Origin: Paludibacteraceae bacterium
GTDB lineage: Bacteria > Bacteroidota > Bacteroidia > Bacteroidales > Paludibacteraceae
DNA length: 64,000 nt
NCBI GenBank assembly: GCA_045599545.1
Contig: JAZRWG010000015.1
Location: 335-64,334, forward strand
Reading direction: 5' to 3'
Shown: positions 14,018 through 24,200 of the stretch, piece by piece
Layout: every line of letters begins with the position of its first letter
How positions within the stretch are numbered: the first letter of the stretch is position 1
Made by a program: the position numbers and the translations under genes
Notes under the pieces: model-generated
What the model saw: the letters and a program-made list of their open reading frames with translations, nothing else
Told to the model about the DNA's origin: nothing
The model's database searches: none

Positions 14018-14934
14018 TTATGTATCTCAAAGGGATAGGAACCAATGAGGTTGCCATCCACGATAAAATCTGCATTATAATAGCCTAACTGCGGTTCGGC
14101 ATCCAAAGTGAAATAGAGGGATCCCTCCACCGCTTCGCGCTCGTATTCAAACTCCTGCATGGACGAGTAGCCAATTTCGCTGCCCTCAAAGACGCACGTG
14201 CCCGAGCGATCGTTCGTCATCAGTTCGCCGTTGGGGTCTAAAATGCGTAGATAAATGGTCTTCATCCCCGTCTCGCAGGTCACGTTCTTAGCCAACGCAT
14301 AATCGACTTGCAGTTTGGCTATCTGCGACACAATGCGCGTCTTATGGTCGCGTTTATTGAGCGTAATGACCTGGCAAGAAGTGAGTTCGAGCATCGCTGC
14401 GCGATTGACTACCTCTTGCAGTTGGGTGTTCTGATTACGAATCGCCGTATTCTCGCGCGTAATGGTGTTATTGAGTTGACGATAACGGTTGTTCTCCTCC
14501 GTGAGGCGCGTATTCGTAGTATTGAGCGAATCAATCTGATGCACGTAGTTCACCATCACGGCACGCACGGTAGTCAGTTCCTTTTTCAGTTCGGCGATGC
14601 GGCGCGCGGAGGTTGCCTTGGTGATACGCAGTTCCTCCAGCAGGTCCTGTACCCGCTGCTGCTCCTTGGCCAGTTGGTCCTGCAAGGAGTCGTTCTTGAT
14701 GTCAAGGTTACGGAAACCGTCAAACTGAATAGCGAGGTCCTCATAGTCCTCCTCCAGTTGCTCCTTCTCGAACTCCATCTGCTCCACAATCTCCGCCATC
14801 TGGCGGTGCTGGAGGTAATAGACTACGCCCAGCCCGATGAGAGCCACGGCCAAAATAACCACGACGATTATCAAGCCTTTTCGCCTGCCGCCTGTCGCCT
14901 GTAGCCTGTCGCCTGTTAATTTTTCTTCGTTCAT
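14014..14934 (-). CDS. membrane-anchored coiled-coil protein, function unknown
   Basis: 306 aa. One TM helix (LIIVVVILAVALIGLGVVYYL), a long heptad-like acidic/Gln-rich segment and a beta-rich C-terminal domain. ATGA overlaps with murF and rlmH. Confidence 0.6.
   Translation of the reverse strand: MNEEKLTGDRLQATGGRRKGLIIVVVILAVALIGLGVVYYLQHRQMAEIVEQMEFEKEQLEEDYEDLAIQFDGFRNLDIKNDSLQDQLAKEQQRVQDLLEELRITKATSARRIAELKKELTTVRAVMVNYVHQIDSLNTTNTRLTEENNRYRQLNNTITRENTAIRNQNTQLQEVVNRAAMLELTSCQVITLNKRDHKTRIVSQIAKLQVDYALAKNVTCETGMKTIYLRILDPNGELMTNDRSGTCVFEGSEIGYSSMQEFEYEREAVEGSLYFTLDAEPQLGYYNADFIVDGNLIGSYPFEIHK
14881..14916. repeat. heptamer array (CCTGTCG / CCTGTAG) inside a CDS
   Basis: It encodes TGDRLQATGGRR at the N-terminus of 14014..14934. 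Confidence 0.85.
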
Positions 14935-16148
14935 AATAAGGGTAAAACTTTTTCCAATTGCGTGGAGTGCGAACCCTTGATGAGGATGCGCCGTCCTTGC
15001 AACGGATGCGTTTGAAGATATGCAATAAATTGATCTACATTATCAAAAATAGGATACGGAGCCGTCGTAGCCTTGTACTCCTCACCAATCAAGAAAACAC
15101 TGTCCTGCTTCATCTCCAGCAGCGCGTTCACCACGTTCTGATGCTCCTCGTGACTATAGTCTCCTAACTCGCGCATGGCACCTAATATATAGGTGTAGGG
15201 GAGTAGGGGTGTAGGGGAGTAGGGTATCTGGTGTTTGGTGTCCGGTGTCTGGTTGAAGGCATGGATGGCGGCTTGCATGGAGGTAGGATTGGCATTATAA
15301 GCATCCACTACGAGTGTGTTATGTTCCGTTTGAACGAGTTGCGAACGGTGGTTCGTAGGTTCGTACGCGCGAATAGCCGCCAAAGCAGTATCTTCCCCTA
15401 CCCCAAAGAACTTGCCTACCGCCATCGCAGCCGCAATGTTCTCCGCGTTGTAGTCACCCACCAAATGCGTACCCGAGGGCATGGGGACACGCCTGTAGCC
15501 TATCGCCTGTCGCCTGTCGTCTGTCGCCTCCTCAAGCATCTGCTTGAGGTAGTCGTTATCCTCATTGATAAAGATGGTGCCGTTATGCGCCACGAGGTAA
15601 TCGTAGAGTTCGCGTTTGGTGCGTTGCACGCCCTCGAACGAACCAAAACCCTCTAAATGCGCCCGACCCACGTTGGTAATCAGACCGTAATTGGGTTCAG
15701 CAATCTCCACCAGTTCGGTAATATCGCCCGGGTGAGAGGCTCCCATTTCAACGATTGCCATCTCGTGCGCGCGCGTTATAGATAATAAGGTGAGGGGCAC
15801 GCCGAGCGAGTTATTGAGGTTACCCTGCGTGTAATAGAGGTTATACTTGGTTTTGAGCACCGCGGCCGTGAGTTCCTTGGTGGTCGTCTTGCCGTTCGTG
15901 CCGGTGATTCCGATAATAGGCAATCCTAACTCGCGCCGCCAAGCACGGGCTAAGTCCTGCAATTCGCGGAGGGCGTTCTCACCCTTAATGACATAAGCCG
16001 CACCGTCTTGGATGGCTTGGTCTACAAACTGATTGCCGTCGAAATGCTCACCCTTGAGTGCCACAAAGACACAGCCGCGAGTGACCTTGCGGCTGTCTGT
16101 GGTGACGGTGATATATTCTTTATTTCTTATTAGGAAGTTCCAATCCAT
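14931..16148 (-). CDS. murF: UDP-N-acetylmuramoyl-tripeptide--D-alanyl-D-alanine ligase
   Basis: TTDSRKVTRGCVFVALKGEHFDGN and GITGTNGKTTTKE motifs. It contains the repeat-derived segments DDRRQAIGYRRV and YSPTPLLPYTY. Confidence 0.9.
   Translation of the reverse strand: MDWNFLIRNKEYITVTTDSRKVTRGCVFVALKGEHFDGNQFVDQAIQDGAAYVIKGENALRELQDLARAWRRELGLPIIGITGTNGKTTTKELTAAVLKTKYNLYYTQGNLNNSLGVPLTLLSITRAHEMAIVEMGASHPGDITELVEIAEPNYGLITNVGRAHLEGFGSFEGVQRTKRELYDYLVAHNGTIFINEDNDYLKQMLEEATDDRRQAIGYRRVPMPSGTHLVGDYNAENIAAAMAVGKFFGVGEDTALAAIRAYEPTNHRSQLVQTEHNTLVVDAYNANPTSMQAAIHAFNQTPDTKHQIPYSPTPLLPYTYILGAMRELGDYSHEEHQNVVNALLEMKQDSVFLIGEEYKATTAPYPIFDNVDQFIAYLQTHPLQGRRILIKGSHSTQLEKVLPLL
15193..15225. repeat. 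octamer array (GTAGGGGA) inside murF
   Basis: It encodes YSPTPLLPYTY. Confidence 0.85.
15491..15528. repeat. heptamer array (CCTGTCG family) inside murF
   Basis: It encodes DDRRQAIGYRR. Confidence 0.85.
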
Positions 16149-17499
16149 ATCCTTTCTTTTTATCCTCTACTTTGAGTAGCAACGAGAAGATGAAAGCCAA
16201 CACGCCGAAGGAGGCAAAGACAATCATCGGTACCAGATAGCCGTTCGTGGCCACACGCAGTTTACCAATCAGCAGCGGTACCAAGCACAGACCGAAGTTC
16301 TGTACCCAGAAGATAAGGCAGTACGCCGAACCGAGTACTTTCTCGTCAATGATCTTCGGTACGCTGGGCCACATAGATGCCGGTACGAGCGAGAAGCTGA
16401 CACCCAGTACAAGAATGGTTATCAGTGCCAAGGTTCTGCTGGGATAAAGCGGCAGGATGAAAGCGAACGTGCAATGGCAAGCAATCATGATAATCGCGCC
16501 GAGGAGCATCATCGTAGCACCCTTGCCTTTGTAGTCAATAAAAGCACCCAAGAAGGGTGTGAGCACCATCGCCAAGATGGGGAACCACTTGAATAAACCG
16601 GCTGCCTCTGCAGCGGTGATACCCGGAATAGTCTCCTCTAAGAAGTTCGTAGCAAAACGCTGGAAGGGGAAGATAGCACTATAATAGAGTACGCAAAGCA
16701 AAGCAATAATCCAGAACATCTTCGATTTGAAGATCATTCCTAAGTCGGCAATATGAAACTCATCCTCGGGGTTCTTCTCGGCGGTTGCTTCTCCGATAGC
16801 AACGAGTTGCTTATCGAACTTATTATCCATAACGGTGAAGACCGTGAAGTTCAGCAGTCCCACTACAAGCAGGCAGGCCGCAAAGAGCAGCGGTGCCACC
16901 ACCGATTGGGTACCGTCGGGCAAAGCAAATTTCATAGCGAACATAGGAGCCAACCACATAGCGGCAAAAACACCCAGACGGGCAATGGACATCTCAATTC
17001 CCATCGCCATCGCCATCTCTTTGCCTTTAAACCACTTGGCTAAGATCTTACTAACCGTCGTTCCCGCCATCTCGCAGCCGCAGCCGAAGATCATGAAACC
17101 GAACATAGCCATCTTAGCCGAACCGGGCATAACGGTCCACCAACTATTGAGCCACTCTATTTCGTTGGCTCCAAACCAATCGGAGATACCGACATACTTG
17201 ATAGCGGCACCCAGCACCATCATCGATGCCGAGAGCAGTCCGGTAAAGCGGACGCCCATCTTATCAAGAATAATACCGGCAATAATGAGGAAACCGAACA
17301 CATTGAGCAGATACTCACCGGCAGCATAGGTGCCGAAAACGCCTTGGTCCCAACCGCGCGTTTCATTGAGCAACGATGCCAAAGGCGATAACATGTCCAC
17401 GAACATGTAGGCAAAGAACATCATCGATGCCACCAAGATGAGGACTATCCAACGCGCTGCGGCACTATCGCGCAGCGTCTTTTGTAATTGTTCTACCAT
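16120..17499 (-). CDS. MFS transporter
   Basis: 459 aa with about 12 predicted hydrophobic helices and an MFS-like loop organisation. Substrate unknown. Confidence 0.75.
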   Translation of the reverse strand: MVEQLQKTLRDSAAARWIVLILVASMMFFAYMFVDMLSPLASLLNETRGWDQGVFGTYAAGEYLLNVFGFLIIAGIILDKMGVRFTGLLSASMMVLGAAIKYVGISDWFGANEIEWLNSWWTVMPGSAKMAMFGFMIFGCGCEMAGTTVSKILAKWFKGKEMAMAMGIEMSIARLGVFAAMWLAPMFAMKFALPDGTQSVVAPLLFAACLLVVGLLNFTVFTVMDNKFDKQLVAIGEATAEKNPEDEFHIADLGMIFKSKMFWIIALLCVLYYSAIFPFQRFATNFLEETIPGITAAEAAGLFKWFPILAMVLTPFLGAFIDYKGKGATMMLLGAIIMIACHCTFAFILPLYPSRTLALITILVLGVSFSLVPASMWPSVPKIIDEKVLGSAYCLIFWVQNFGLCLVPLLIGKLRVATNGYLVPMIVFASFGVLAFIFSLLLKVEDKKKGYGLELPNKK

Positions 17500-17588
17500 A
17501 GGTCTTTTTCTTTTTTAGCCACTCCTGTTTACGTTTCTCGTACTCTTCGTAGTGGCGTTCCAAATAACCGTCTTCCATTTAGGTCTTT

Positions 17589-17632
17589 AAGTGTAAAGTG
17601 TATAGTGTAAAGTGTAAAGTGGGAAGTGGGCA
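17589..17632. repeat. heptamer array (GTGTAAA / GTGGGAA), intergenic
   Basis: Lies between the MFS gene start and the skp stop. It is the reverse complement of the TTTACAC units at 48391. Confidence 0.85.
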
Positions 17633-17647
17633 ACTTTAAACTATTTA

Positions 17648-18139
17648 TTATTTAATTCCTAATTCTTTCTTGATGGAGGGCATAGCGTCAATAGCATCTG
17701 TGGCTACATAAACCATAGCGGCACTGTCGAAGATATAGGTATAACCCTCTTTCTCGCCAACGGCCTTGATAGCTTTAGCCATGCGCTCATGAACGGGAGC
17801 GAGCAGGTCTTGTTGTTGCTTTTGGATGTCCTGTTCTGCCGTTTGGTAGAAGAGTTGGATACGTTGTTGCATCTCTTGCAGTTCTTGCTCGCGAATCTGA
17901 CGAATAGCGTCGGTCATGGTCGAAGCTTGCGCCTGATAGTCTTGCGCTTTCTTTTGGAACTCCTCCTGCATCATGGTCAGTTGGTTCTCGTACTGCGATT
18001 GGATGGTATCCATTTTCAGTTTCACTTTGGCCACTTCGGGCATTTGAGCAAATAACTCACCTGTGTTCACGTGACCTAACTTTTGTGCCATTACCAGCAC
18101 GGGCATTGCTAAAGCAATGAGAATAATGATTTTTTTCAT
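17648..18139 (-). CDS. OmpH/Skp-family periplasmic chaperone
   Basis: 163 aa with a signal peptide and a Gln/Glu-rich coiled coil. It sits downstream of bamA as in other Bacteroidota. Confidence 0.8.
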   Translation of the reverse strand: MKKIIILIALAMPVLVMAQKLGHVNTGELFAQMPEVAKVKLKMDTIQSQYENQLTMMQEEFQKKAQDYQAQASTMTDAIRQIREQELQEMQQRIQLFYQTAEQDIQKQQQDLLAPVHERMAKAIKAVGEKEGYTYIFDSAAMVYVATDAIDAMPSIKKELGIK

Positions 18140-18159
18140 AACTGTTAATATTTTAGTTT

Positions 18160-18705
18160 TTATTTCGCTCCTAATTTATGTAACACTTGATCGGATATAT
18201 CCATCTTGGAACTGAGGTAGATGAGTGCCGGATCGGACGAACGGTCCTTGACGATATTGATCTTCTGCTCCGAAGCTATATCCTGTATAGCCGCAAAGAT
18301 GTCATCCTGAATCGGCTTGATGAGTGCCTCTCTTTTCTTATCCAGTTCGCCTTGCGGACCGAAATACTTATGCTTGAGTTCCAGTGCCTCGTTCTCTTTA
18401 TCCAATATCTCCTGTTCACGCTTTTGCTGCATAGCATCGGAAAGGAAGATCTGTTCCGTTTGATAATTAGCCTCCAGCACCTTGGCCTCCTGCTCCACGG
18501 CGTCAATCTCTTTTTGCCAACGGCGCGTAATCAGACTCAGTTGTTCGTTCGCCGATTCATAGGCGGGCAAGTTCTTAAGGATATAAGCTACATCCACATA
18601 AGCAACCGATGTACTCTCTTTTGCAAAGACCGTGCCAACAGTTAAAAGAAGGCAACAGGCGACAGGCAACAGGCGATAGGTAATAATCTTAAAACTCTTT
18701 TTCAT
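18160..18705 (-). CDS. OmpH/Skp-family periplasmic chaperone (second copy)
   Basis: 181 aa with the same architecture. Part of its signal peptide (TYRLLPVACCLLL) is encoded by a heptamer array. Confidence 0.8.
   Translation of the reverse strand: MKKSFKIITYRLLPVACCLLLTVGTVFAKESTSVAYVDVAYILKNLPAYESANEQLSLITRRWQKEIDAVEQEAKVLEANYQTEQIFLSDAMQQKREQEILDKENEALELKHKYFGPQGELDKKREALIKPIQDDIFAAIQDIASEQKINIVKDRSSDPALIYLSSKMDISDQVLHKLGAK
18651..18680. repeat. heptamer array (CAACAGG / CGACAGG) inside a CDS
   Basis: Reverse orientation of the CCTGTCG family. It encodes part of the Skp-like signal peptide. Confidence 0.8.
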
Positions 18706-18720
18706 AATATACTAATTTCA

Positions 18721-21333
18721 CTATAATTCTTGTCCTAAAACGAAGTGGAACTGACTCTTACCATACTGGTCAGAACCGTTAATCTTATCAAAGCCCCAGC
18801 CCCAGTCGATACCAAGCAGACCGAACATAGGCAGGAACACACGCACACCCACACCCGCCGAGCGTTTGAGGTTGAAGGGGTTATAATCCTTTATATCACT
18901 AAAGCAGTTACCCGCCTCCATAAAGCCCAGCACCCAAATAGTGGCACTCTGCTCCAAGGTAACAGGGTACCTCAGCTCCAAGGTGAACTTATTGTATAAG
19001 TAACCCATGTTACGTCCCGTCTTGGGGTCATAAGGCGTGAGTGAACCGGAAGTATAACCACGCATGGCTATATACTCCGTAGAGTAAGACGAATAGGACG
19101 ACATGCCGTCACCACCCATGTAGAAGGTCTCGAACGGAGACTTAGCATCCTCGTTGTAATGGCCTAAATAGCCAAAATCGGCACGCGTCATGAGCACTAA
19201 CTTGGAATCGCGGGTGAGCGGTGTGAACACTTTCCCCGAGAACCTCCACTTATGGTACTCAATGAGATGGTACTTATCCGACTGATCCATCACCGAATAG
19301 TCTTTCTTATTGATGAGCGAATACGGAGGCGTAATCTTCAGTCCCAAAACGAACTGCGAACCGCGACGCGTATAAATAGGGTTATCAATGGACGAACGGG
19401 ACAGTTGCAAGTTTAACGCGAAGTTATGACTTGTACCGTCGGAGATAAGCAAGTAGGGCCAATCCTTCATCATATACATCTGATAACTCAACTCTCCGTA
19501 GAACTGGAAATAATCATCCGGCCAACGCAGACGCTTACCGTAACCGATGCTCACACCGAAGGTGCGCAAGTACTTATCGGGGTCGGCTTCGGACTCCTGC
19601 AACTGCTGGTAGTAATCCGAGTTTCCAGAATATTGATAATAATAGGAATAGGTATTATACAGATTCTGGTAAGACTGGTAGTAACGATTCGAGTAACCCG
19701 TTTGCGAAGCAAAGAAGATATTCGTAGAAAGAGAGTTCGGTCGCTTGCCGCCAAGCCACGGTTCGAGGAAGGACATGCTCACCGACGTGTAGTAGATACC
19801 ATTCGTTCGGGCTTGGATAGAGAAAGTCTGACCCTCACCCTGCGGCACAATACGATAAGCCTTCTTATTAAATAGGTTCTGCATGGCGAAGTTCGTGAAC
19901 TTGAGTCCCAAGGTTCCCGTCAAACCCGTAGCACCCCAACCCAGCGAGAATTCCACTTGGTCGGACGACTTGGTTTCCAATTGATAGGTGATATCCACCG
20001 TTCCGTCCTCGGGATTAGGCTGAATATCGGGCACCAGTTTCTCAGGATCGAAGTGCCCCATCTGCGCTAACTCACGTAGCGTGCGCATGATGTCCGACTG
20101 CGAATAGAGTTGCCCCGGTTTGGTATATAACTCACGCCGAACCACATGTTCGTACACGCGCGTGTTTCCTACGATATTAACGGCATTGATAGTAGCCGGT
20201 TTGCCCTCGTACATGCGCATCTCAAAGTCAATGGAGTCATTCTCCACCTTCACCTCCACGGGGTCGATATTAAAGAACAGATACCCCTGATCGGTGTACA
20301 TCTTAGAGATAGCATCATCGTCCTCGGCGAGTCGTTTATTGAGTTGCTTGAGGTTATAGACATCGCCCCGTTTGACACCCAAGGTAGCATTCAATATCTC
20401 GTACGGATAGACCGTATTTCCCACCCATTTAACATCGCGGATATAGTATTTCTCGCCCTCGTTGATATGTAGATACACATCCACTCGCGTCGAGTCATCG
20501 GGGTTGGTTACCACACTATCCGCCTCAATATAAGCGTCGCGATAACCGATCTCATTATACTTCTCAATGACGGCCTGTTTATCCTTCTCGAACTCTGCCT
20601 CCACAAATTTCTTGGTGCGGAACATATTAACGATATTATCATCATTGGTCTTCTTCATGGCCTTGTTGATATCCACATCCGCCAAGGCCTCGTTACCGGA
20701 GATATACAGTTTACCTACTTTCGTCTTCGTGCGCTTATCCACCGCCACTCTTACTTTCACATAACCATCGTGATCGGGGTCGGGTTTAGAATAGATATAC
20801 ACTTGCGTGTTATGGAAGCCCTTCTCCTCAAAATGCTTCTTGATCACCGTCTTGGTCTTATCCTGCAAGTTGGGCGTGAACTGACCACCTTTTTGCAAAC
20901 CAATCTTCGGTTCCAAGTCCTCCTTGTCGCTCTTCTTCACACCGTCAATAACGACCGAGGATATACGCGGACGCTGCTCCAAGGCAATCTCGAGCCAAAT
21001 CTTAGAACCCTCTATCCGTTTGGCTAAAATCTTAACATCGGCAAAGAGTCCTTGCTTCCAGAAACGGCGGAGTGCTTTGGTGATTTGCGGACCCGGCACT
21101 TCAATTTTATCGCCGACCGCCAGACCGGAGAAACCTATGAGCACAAAATCCTCGTAGTTATTTGCACCCGTAACGGTGATGCCGGCTATCTCATATACCC
21201 TGCCCGCCGACACCGAATACTCAATATCCGGTACCGATTCGGAGGTTATCGAATCCGTCTGAGCCATGATCGGTGTCACCGATAACAGCAGACCTAATAC
21301 TATGTTAATGAACTTGTTCACTGGTTTTTCCAA
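18721..21333 (-). CDS. bamA: outer membrane protein assembly factor BamA
   Basis: 870 aa with N-terminal POTRA-like repeats, a C-terminal Omp85 barrel and a terminal FHFVLGQEL. Synteny is uppS-bamA-skp-skp. Confidence 0.9.
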   Translation of the reverse strand: MEKPVNKFINIVLGLLLSVTPIMAQTDSITSESVPDIEYSVSAGRVYEIAGITVTGANNYEDFVLIGFSGLAVGDKIEVPGPQITKALRRFWKQGLFADVKILAKRIEGSKIWLEIALEQRPRISSVVIDGVKKSDKEDLEPKIGLQKGGQFTPNLQDKTKTVIKKHFEEKGFHNTQVYIYSKPDPDHDGYVKVRVAVDKRTKTKVGKLYISGNEALADVDINKAMKKTNDDNIVNMFRTKKFVEAEFEKDKQAVIEKYNEIGYRDAYIEADSVVTNPDDSTRVDVYLHINEGEKYYIRDVKWVGNTVYPYEILNATLGVKRGDVYNLKQLNKRLAEDDDAISKMYTDQGYLFFNIDPVEVKVENDSIDFEMRMYEGKPATINAVNIVGNTRVYEHVVRRELYTKPGQLYSQSDIMRTLRELAQMGHFDPEKLVPDIQPNPEDGTVDITYQLETKSSDQVEFSLGWGATGLTGTLGLKFTNFAMQNLFNKKAYRIVPQGEGQTFSIQARTNGIYYTSVSMSFLEPWLGGKRPNSLSTNIFFASQTGYSNRYYQSYQNLYNTYSYYYQYSGNSDYYQQLQESEADPDKYLRTFGVSIGYGKRLRWPDDYFQFYGELSYQMYMMKDWPYLLISDGTSHNFALNLQLSRSSIDNPIYTRRGSQFVLGLKITPPYSLINKKDYSVMDQSDKYHLIEYHKWRFSGKVFTPLTRDSKLVLMTRADFGYLGHYNEDAKSPFETFYMGGDGMSSYSSYSTEYIAMRGYTSGSLTPYDPKTGRNMGYLYNKFTLELRYPVTLEQSATIWVLGFMEAGNCFSDIKDYNPFNLKRSAGVGVRVFLPMFGLLGIDWGWGFDKINGSDQYGKSQFHFVLGQEL

Positions 21334-22045
21334 ATCTACGTTCCCTATGTTGATAATCCACTATTGCATGATAGAACTCCTCCACCGTAAAGTCCGGCCA
21401 CAACAGATCGGTAAAATACAACTCCGAATAAGCCAACTGCCAAAGCAGGAAATTGCTTATTCTTAGTTCCCCACTCGTCCGAATCAGCAGATCCGGATCG
21501 GGCATGCCGGCGGTTGTTAGATATCGCTCCACGGTCGCCTCGGAGATCTGTTCGGGATGGAGGTTCCCCGCCTTGACATCCGCTGCCGCGCATTGCATGG
21601 CATGCATGAGTTCCCAACGCGCTGAGTAGGACAGAGCAATAACCATTTTCAGACCCGTGTTCTCGCTTGTTTGACGGATACACTCCAAGAATTTGGCTTT
21701 CGCCTCCGCGGGAAGGCGGTCGGTGTCGCCAATGGTGAGCAAGCGCACGTTGTTCTTCATGAGCGTGGGCGTCTCCTTGGCAATCGTGTCCACGAGCAGG
21801 TTCATAAGGGCATCCACCTCCTCCTTGGGACGATTCCAGTTCTCCGTGGAGAAAGTATAAAGGGTCAAGTACTCCAACCCCAGTTCGGCAGCGGCTTCGG
21901 TGATATTATGCACCACTTCAACCCCCTGCTTATGCCCGAACATGCGCATCAAACCATGGGCTTTTGCCCAACGGCCATTCCCATCCATGATGATGGCGAC
22001 ATGCCTTGGAATGCGGGTAGAATCTATTTGTTCTTTATAGGCCAT
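21305..22045 (-). CDS. uppS: isoprenyl transferase (undecaprenyl-diphosphate synthase)
   Basis: [13 protein letters not shown] and [15 protein letters not shown] motifs. The start is moved to the ATG at 22045 (MAYKEQ...), because the longer track ORF runs into the upstream gene. Confidence 0.9.
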   Translation of the reverse strand: MAYKEQIDSTRIPRHVAIIMDGNGRWAKAHGLMRMFGHKQGVEVVHNITEAAAELGLEYLTLYTFSTENWNRPKEEVDALMNLLVDTIAKETPTLMKNNVRLLTIGDTDRLPAEAKAKFLECIRQTSENTGLKMVIALSYSARWELMHAMQCAAADVKAGNLHPEQISEATVERYLTTAGMPDPDLLIRTSGELRISNFLLWQLAYSELYFTDLLWPDFTVEEFYHAIVDYQHRERRFGKTSEQVH

Positions 22046-22811
22046 ATCTCTTGTCTTCTTTTTCACACAACCTACATACTTTGCGCCTTTGAGCAAACGC
22101 AAAAACTATGCCAAGCGTGAGTTGGGATGTTACATCCATGTTCATTATATTCGATTTATTCAAATTATAGGTATTTCCCAAGGGATTCATCGGATTACCT
22201 TTTTCGTCTTCCATCCACACATTCTCCAAATCGTCCGAGCAGCAGATGTTATGCTGCCACGCCAAGTGCAAAGCTCCCCATTTGACAAACTGCCACTTAA
22301 ACCCTATACCCAGTGGGATATACGCCACCGCCTTACTAAAATCCCCTTTCGGACCGGGGATAATTCCGCAGCCGACCCCAAAAAAGATGTAGGGTGTATA
22401 CGGTTTTGCGCGCCCATCTAACTCAGGCATACCAAAACGCAAAAAATTACACTCTGCCGTAGCATCTATATTCACCAGCTTGGATTGCCATCTACTATCC
22501 GCCGTCAGTCCGTTTTTCAATCGGTAGTCTGCTAACGCCTTGTTGTTGGGTTCGCGATAGTCTTGATAGGGACCCTCAATCACTTGGTACATCCCATTCA
22601 CCTTGACCGACCAACGGTTCGTTATCTTATACCGAAAGTGTCCTCCGGCTGTCCACTGCACGTTCTGAAAGATATGCGGTGCAGCTTCGCCCACGTAGTA
22701 TCCACAGCCCCCCTGCAAACCAATCTCGCACAAGTACGGACGATCCTCGGCCAAGGCGGTGAGACCCAACGGCAATAAACCGATTACTATGACAAGGATT
22801 CTATTTTTCAC
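22035..22811 (-). CDS. outer-membrane beta-barrel protein (DUF6089-like) upstream of uppS
   Basis: 258 aa with a signal peptide and Gly/aromatic-rich strands ([11 protein letters not shown]...). This is the conserved position upstream of uppS-bamA in Bacteroidota. Family name given from memory only. Confidence 0.5.
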   Translation of the reverse strand: MKNRILVIVIGLLPLGLTALAEDRPYLCEIGLQGGCGYYVGEAAPHIFQNVQWTAGGHFRYKITNRWSVKVNGMYQVIEGPYQDYREPNNKALADYRLKNGLTADSRWQSKLVNIDATAECNFLRFGMPELDGRAKPYTPYIFFGVGCGIIPGPKGDFSKAVAYIPLGIGFKWQFVKWGALHLAWQHNICCSDDLENVWMEDEKGNPMNPLGNTYNLNKSNIMNMDVTSQLTLGIVFAFAQRRKVCRLCEKEDKRYGL

Positions 22812-24159
22812 TAATCAACAAGCGGAAAGCATCCGCCACTTTTTTAACCGGTACTACTTGTATCTTCGTCTTATCCAAGGCTACTTTCTGTCCGGCAGGA
22901 ACGAGGATCCGCTCAAAGCCCAATTTCTCCGCCTCACGGATACGTTGTTCCAACCGATTGACGGGACGTATCTCGCCCGCCAGTCCCACTTCGCCGCAAA
23001 GACACGTCTTCGCGTCCAAGGGGATATCCATATTAGAACTGAGCACTGCCGCCAAGACCGCCAAATCAATGGCAGGGTCATTGACGCGCAAGCCACCTGC
23101 TATGTTGAGGAACACGTCCTTCAAAAGCAGTTTAAATCCCACCCGTTTTTCCAGTACCGCAAGCAGCATATTCAGTCGCCGTGCATCAAATCCGGTACTG
23201 CTGCGTTGGGGGGTACCGTACGCCGCACTGCTCACTAACGCTTGCACCTCGATAAGGAAGGGACGCACGCCCTCAACGGCCGCAGCAATAGCAATGCCGC
23301 TTAGTCCCTCGCGAGAAGTGGAAAGCAGCAGTTCCGATGGATTGGTCACTTCGCGCAAGCCGTCGTGCTGCATCTCGAAGATACCCAACTCGGAAGTAGA
23401 ACCAAAGCGGTTCTTTTGCGCCCGCAGGATGCGGTACATATAATGTTGATCCCCCTCAAACTGCAAGACCGTGTCCACGATATGCTCCAGCACTTTGGGG
23501 CCTGCTAACGAACCCTCCTTGTTGATATGTCCAATGAGGATAAAGGGGATGTTTCTTTCTTTTGCAAATTGCAGTATCCGCGCCGCGCACTCCTTGACTT
23601 GCGTGAGACTGCCGATAGTAGCCTCTGCCGCGTCGGTACCGATGGTCTGAATGGAGTCGATGACCACCACTTCGGGTTCGACCTCGCTCACGGTATCGAA
23701 AATACGCTCTAAGTTCGTTTCGCTGATGATATATAAGTTCTCGGGATTACCGGCCAAACGCTCTGCGCGAAGGCGTATTTGGCGATTACTCTCCTCGCCG
23801 CTGGCATAGAGGGTTTTGGTTTGACCGAGTTGCATGAGCACCTGTAAGGCGAGGGTCGATTTGCCGATGCCGGGTTCACCGCCGAGCAGCACGAGCGAAC
23901 CGGGAACCAGTCCACCGCCTAACACGCGATTGAACTCGCCGTTGTGCATATCCATCCGCATGTCCTCCGTAGCTTTCACCTCCTGCAAACGAGTAGGTTT
24001 GCTCACTTTCAACTTTAAACTTTCAACTTTCAACTTAGAGGAAGTAAAAACTTCCTCCTCGATAGTCCCCCACTCTCCGCACACAGGACAGCGTCCTAAC
24101 ATCTGCGGAACTTTTGCCCCGCATGCCGAACAAACATATTGAATAGCCGACTTACTCAT
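22801..24159 (-). CDS. radA: DNA repair protein RadA/Sms
   Basis: Zinc finger CSACGAKVPQMLGRCPVCGEWGT, Walker A GGEPGIGKSTL and a Lon-like C-terminal domain. The linker contains the repeat-derived KLKVESLKLKV. Confidence 0.92.
   Translation of the reverse strand: MSKSAIQYVCSACGAKVPQMLGRCPVCGEWGTIEEEVFTSSKLKVESLKLKVSKPTRLQEVKATEDMRMDMHNGEFNRVLGGGLVPGSLVLLGGEPGIGKSTLALQVLMQLGQTKTLYASGEESNRQIRLRAERLAGNPENLYIISETNLERIFDTVSEVEPEVVVIDSIQTIGTDAAEATIGSLTQVKECAARILQFAKERNIPFILIGHINKEGSLAGPKVLEHIVDTVLQFEGDQHYMYRILRAQKNRFGSTSELGIFEMQHDGLREVTNPSELLLSTSREGLSGIAIAAAVEGVRPFLIEVQALVSSAAYGTPQRSSTGFDARRLNMLLAVLEKRVGFKLLLKDVFLNIAGGLRVNDPAIDLAVLAAVLSSNMDIPLDAKTCLCGEVGLAGEIRPVNRLEQRIREAEKLGFERILVPAGQKVALDKTKIQVVPVKKVADAFRLLISEK
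24004..24036. repeat. heptamer array (AACTTTC / AACTTTA) inside radA
   Basis: It encodes KLKVESLKLKV. Confidence 0.85.
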
Positions 24160-24160
24160 A

Positions 24161-24200
24161 ATTCACAATTCATCATTCCATCATTCATCAATCCATCATT
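24161..24200. repeat. irregular 7-8-mer array (ATTCATC / ATCCATC), intergenic
   Basis: It fills the whole radA-rnz spacer. Similar units occur inside murI at 29724-29768. Confidence 0.75.

Noticed and set aside
21305-22102. Longest-ORF starts for uppS (22102), ybeY (38505), the phospho-sugar mutase (34214), the SGNH-like gene (31085), ftsX (47311) and porP (41273).
   Set aside because: The N-terminal extensions overlap upstream genes and have no counterpart in the conserved N-termini. Internal starts giving 1-11-nt overlaps or short gaps were preferred.
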